From the human T2T-CHM13v2.0 reference genome, Homo sapiens: a DNA stretch of 64,000 nt. Below are positions 61,246 to 64,000 of this stretch, piece by piece (position 1 is the stretch's first letter; each line of letters begins with the position of its first letter). The stretch lies in assembly GCF_009914755.1 (NCBI RefSeq), contig NC_060944.1; one strand, written 5' to 3'. The notes under the pieces are model-generated. The model had not been told where the DNA came from, searched no databases, and saw only the letters and a list, made by a program, of their open reading frames with translations. The translations under genes were made by a program, and so were the position numbers.

Positions 61246-64000
61246 ATGGGTATGTATCATATATATGATACACATAATATGACACACATGTTCAAAAAAA
61301 CCCCTAGTCATCCAAATAGTGAAATGATTTGCTTTGAGTCTTAACCAGGATTTCTGAATAAAACTCTTGAGAATCTGCACCAAGCCTTGGAATTTGTTAT
61401 GTAGATAAAGAAGGTAGATCATTCTGTATCAATCTAGAAGACACCATAGATGAATGAGTAGAAATTACTCCAGAAGGCAGACCTAAATGTGATATATGAA
61501 ACATCTTCCCTAAAAAGATGGCATAACTACACATTCACATTTAATAAAATTCCAGTCTCCCCAGCGGTCTTTATGACATGAGACAATTTCTACCCAAACA
61601 AAAAAATAATGCATACATGCACAGTGAAAATGTTTGGTAAGACTGAGTTTAAAATGGCAATAGTGTGTTTTTCTTTCATTGTACATACCTGTGTTGTGTG
61701 ATATTTATCAAGGAATCCATATCTCACGTTATGAAAAAAATAATGTGGAAAAGTGAAATGAACTTGGAGGTGTTCAAAGGTGTGGTTGGTTACAAGCCAA
61801 TACACCACCTATCATCAGAGGTAACAAGTAGAAGTTAGAAGGTTAATAGACAAGGACTCCATAGATGGAGAGACTCCCATTTAATTGTCAGTGGGAGAAG
61901 ATGGCTTCTAACTCCCAGCTCAGTCCTAACATTCTGTAACTTGCAATTTTTCTCATATTGGCCATGTTTTCCAAACCTAATTATAAAAACTGAGACAATC
62001 ATGGCTCCTGGTCACTGAAAGTGTTAAGATATTTTTAACCAGAGTAAAATATAAAATAACTGGAGTAGGTACTTTTTTTCCTATGTGAGCAAAATGAGAA
62101 AGGTTCCAAGCTTTGTGTAGGAGCTGGCTGATTGCATAGTCACTGTCAGCCCCCCAAGTAGACCTACCTCCTTCTGCAGCTGGGTTTCATTACCTCTGAG
62201 GGCAAGCTGAGTTAGCAACTTCATAGTGGCAGATTGCTAACCCCTCTTTCTTTAGAGTAAATAACATATTTGGCAAATAAAGGGTAACCTATATTTTCCT
62301 CAGAAGATCCTTTTTCCTCCTGAAAACATTTTAAGTGGTAATCATCTTCCTATCCAGCTAGGTTTAAAAAGGAAAAGGAAGACTCCACACCACTGCCTGT
62401 CCATGGGGAAGCCATTAAGGCGAAGCATTGACTTCAGCCACTCTGGCTGGAGCAAACACCTTGCTCTTCTATAGAAAAGAGAGAAGCTATTTGTAGAGGA
62501 TCAAAGCAGATCAAAGCAATGCATCCTCATCAGGGCAAACATGAGCTGAGGGATCTCTCCGAGAGATTTTAACCGGGTCCTGGGTCACCCAAGCCTCACA
62601 TTATGAAATGAAAGAAGCCTTCTGAATAGAAACACCAGCTCATAAAGCCCCATCAAAGACAGAAAAGACACAAAATACTGAACACATTTTCCTCACATTC
62701 CTCCTAGTTTTTTCTCTTAGATGATTTGTTAGGTGGCTAAGACCTGAAGGGCTGGCTGGCTCCATACCTGCAGGTCCGTTGGATCTTGAGCAGTTCTCTG
62801 CTTATTCTGAGTAAGCTATCAAAAGATAATGAGGAGGCTGGCAGTAGCTGCTGTGCAGGACATGGTCTGCAGAAAGGGGATCTGTCCTTGGGTAACCCCA
62901 CATGGGTTCTGAAAAATTCCATAAGGAAAAAAGAGATGAAGTTCAACCAATGAGATTTTTCTTTTTTTTTTTTTTTGCATCACAGTTACCTTTGCCTTTC
63001 TTGTTATCTTTAGGTGAGGAGGGGAATATTGCACAATTTTGGTTAAATAATTATTTACAAATAATCCAATTATTCGCATTAGGACATTCCTGTTGAATCA
63101 ATGGAAACACAGAGGGAGTCTGTAAAAGTGTTGATTTTACACTGGGATTTTCAGCTACAAAGCATGATTTTAACACAACAATTTTAACTATGTTCATTGA
63201 TTGCCTCAAATCACAGCTCTGAACTCAACATGCAGTCTTTTAGTGTGTCTAAGTCTTTATGCATGGTTAGTTTTCCATTTTTTTCTTTTGTGTACAATGT
63301 ATTACAAAGACAGCATAAAATATAAAGGAAGAAATGTTTTTTAAGCAAAAAATATGACATCACAGTAAGTGTCAATTATTTTTATATTGTTATGCTCTCT
63401 CTGGTCCTTATGTATATTACATATGGATCCTAGTTATTTTAGAGATGTATTTGTAGAATGCAGGATAATCTGATTGTCCAGGGTTTTATAGTCTGCTATT
63501 CTGAGTTAACTTTGTGTCATAAACACCTTCTCCCATTTATAATGGTTATTTGTAATTGGTCTGTTACATAATCTAATAGGATGTGCTGTACCATAATTTC
63601 CTAAATCTTCTTTTATTATTGAATTTTTGGGTCATTTTGTCTTCACACTATTATAGATAATGATGTAACAACAGACTCTCTTTACATTTTAATAAAGACC
63701 CAAACTATCATTTGGCTCCTTAATAGGTTACTAAAGATACCACTAGCTGTGTGGTTGTTTGCTAGTGTCCTTTCTACATGATTATAATACCATTAGCCTG
63801 TTGCATTAAAGGCATATGCTTTCTATGGAGTGGCTTTCAGGGAAAGCAGAATTGAAACACTGTACCAGTAGTGCCTCTCAGATCTGAAAATGAAGTTCAT
63901 TAAAAAAAGCAATTTAAGAAAGTTCAAAAAGACCTTGATTAACGAGAACATTTGAGTGGAGAATATTCAATGTAATTGAATTTCCTGATATTTGTTACTG

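Overview
Human (or very closely related great-ape) genomic DNA. The first 1.3 kb holds the terminal exon of OTOR (otoraplin, MIA family): a strong acceptor at 216-217, the C-terminal codons DIDFFCE-stop, then the 3' UTR. The other ~62 kb is gene-poor downstream sequence dominated by retroelements and DNA-transposon fossils. These include a full-length but inactive L1PA6-like element, truncated, inverted or nested L1s, Alus, MaLR elements (one complete MST), ERVL/ERV1 solo LTRs, and hAT/Tigger, L2 and MIR remnants. No other protein-coding gene is supported; the remaining listed ORFs are repeat-derived or have no recognisable homology. I found no evidence of a novel multi-gene system. Best leads: (1) an L1 ORF0 extended to 174 aa that reads out of its element; (2) five template-switch or fold-back scars, one forming a miRNA-like hairpin; (3) two retrotransposons sitting at apparent deletions; (4) alternative OTOR 3' ends and a candidate distal terminal exon; (5) candidate regulatory modules (CTCF with retained CpGs, SOX+AP-1, phased TCF/LEF). 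Repeat subfamilies and transcription-factor motifs were assigned by eye from remembered consensus sequences, and boundaries of old repeats are approximate.
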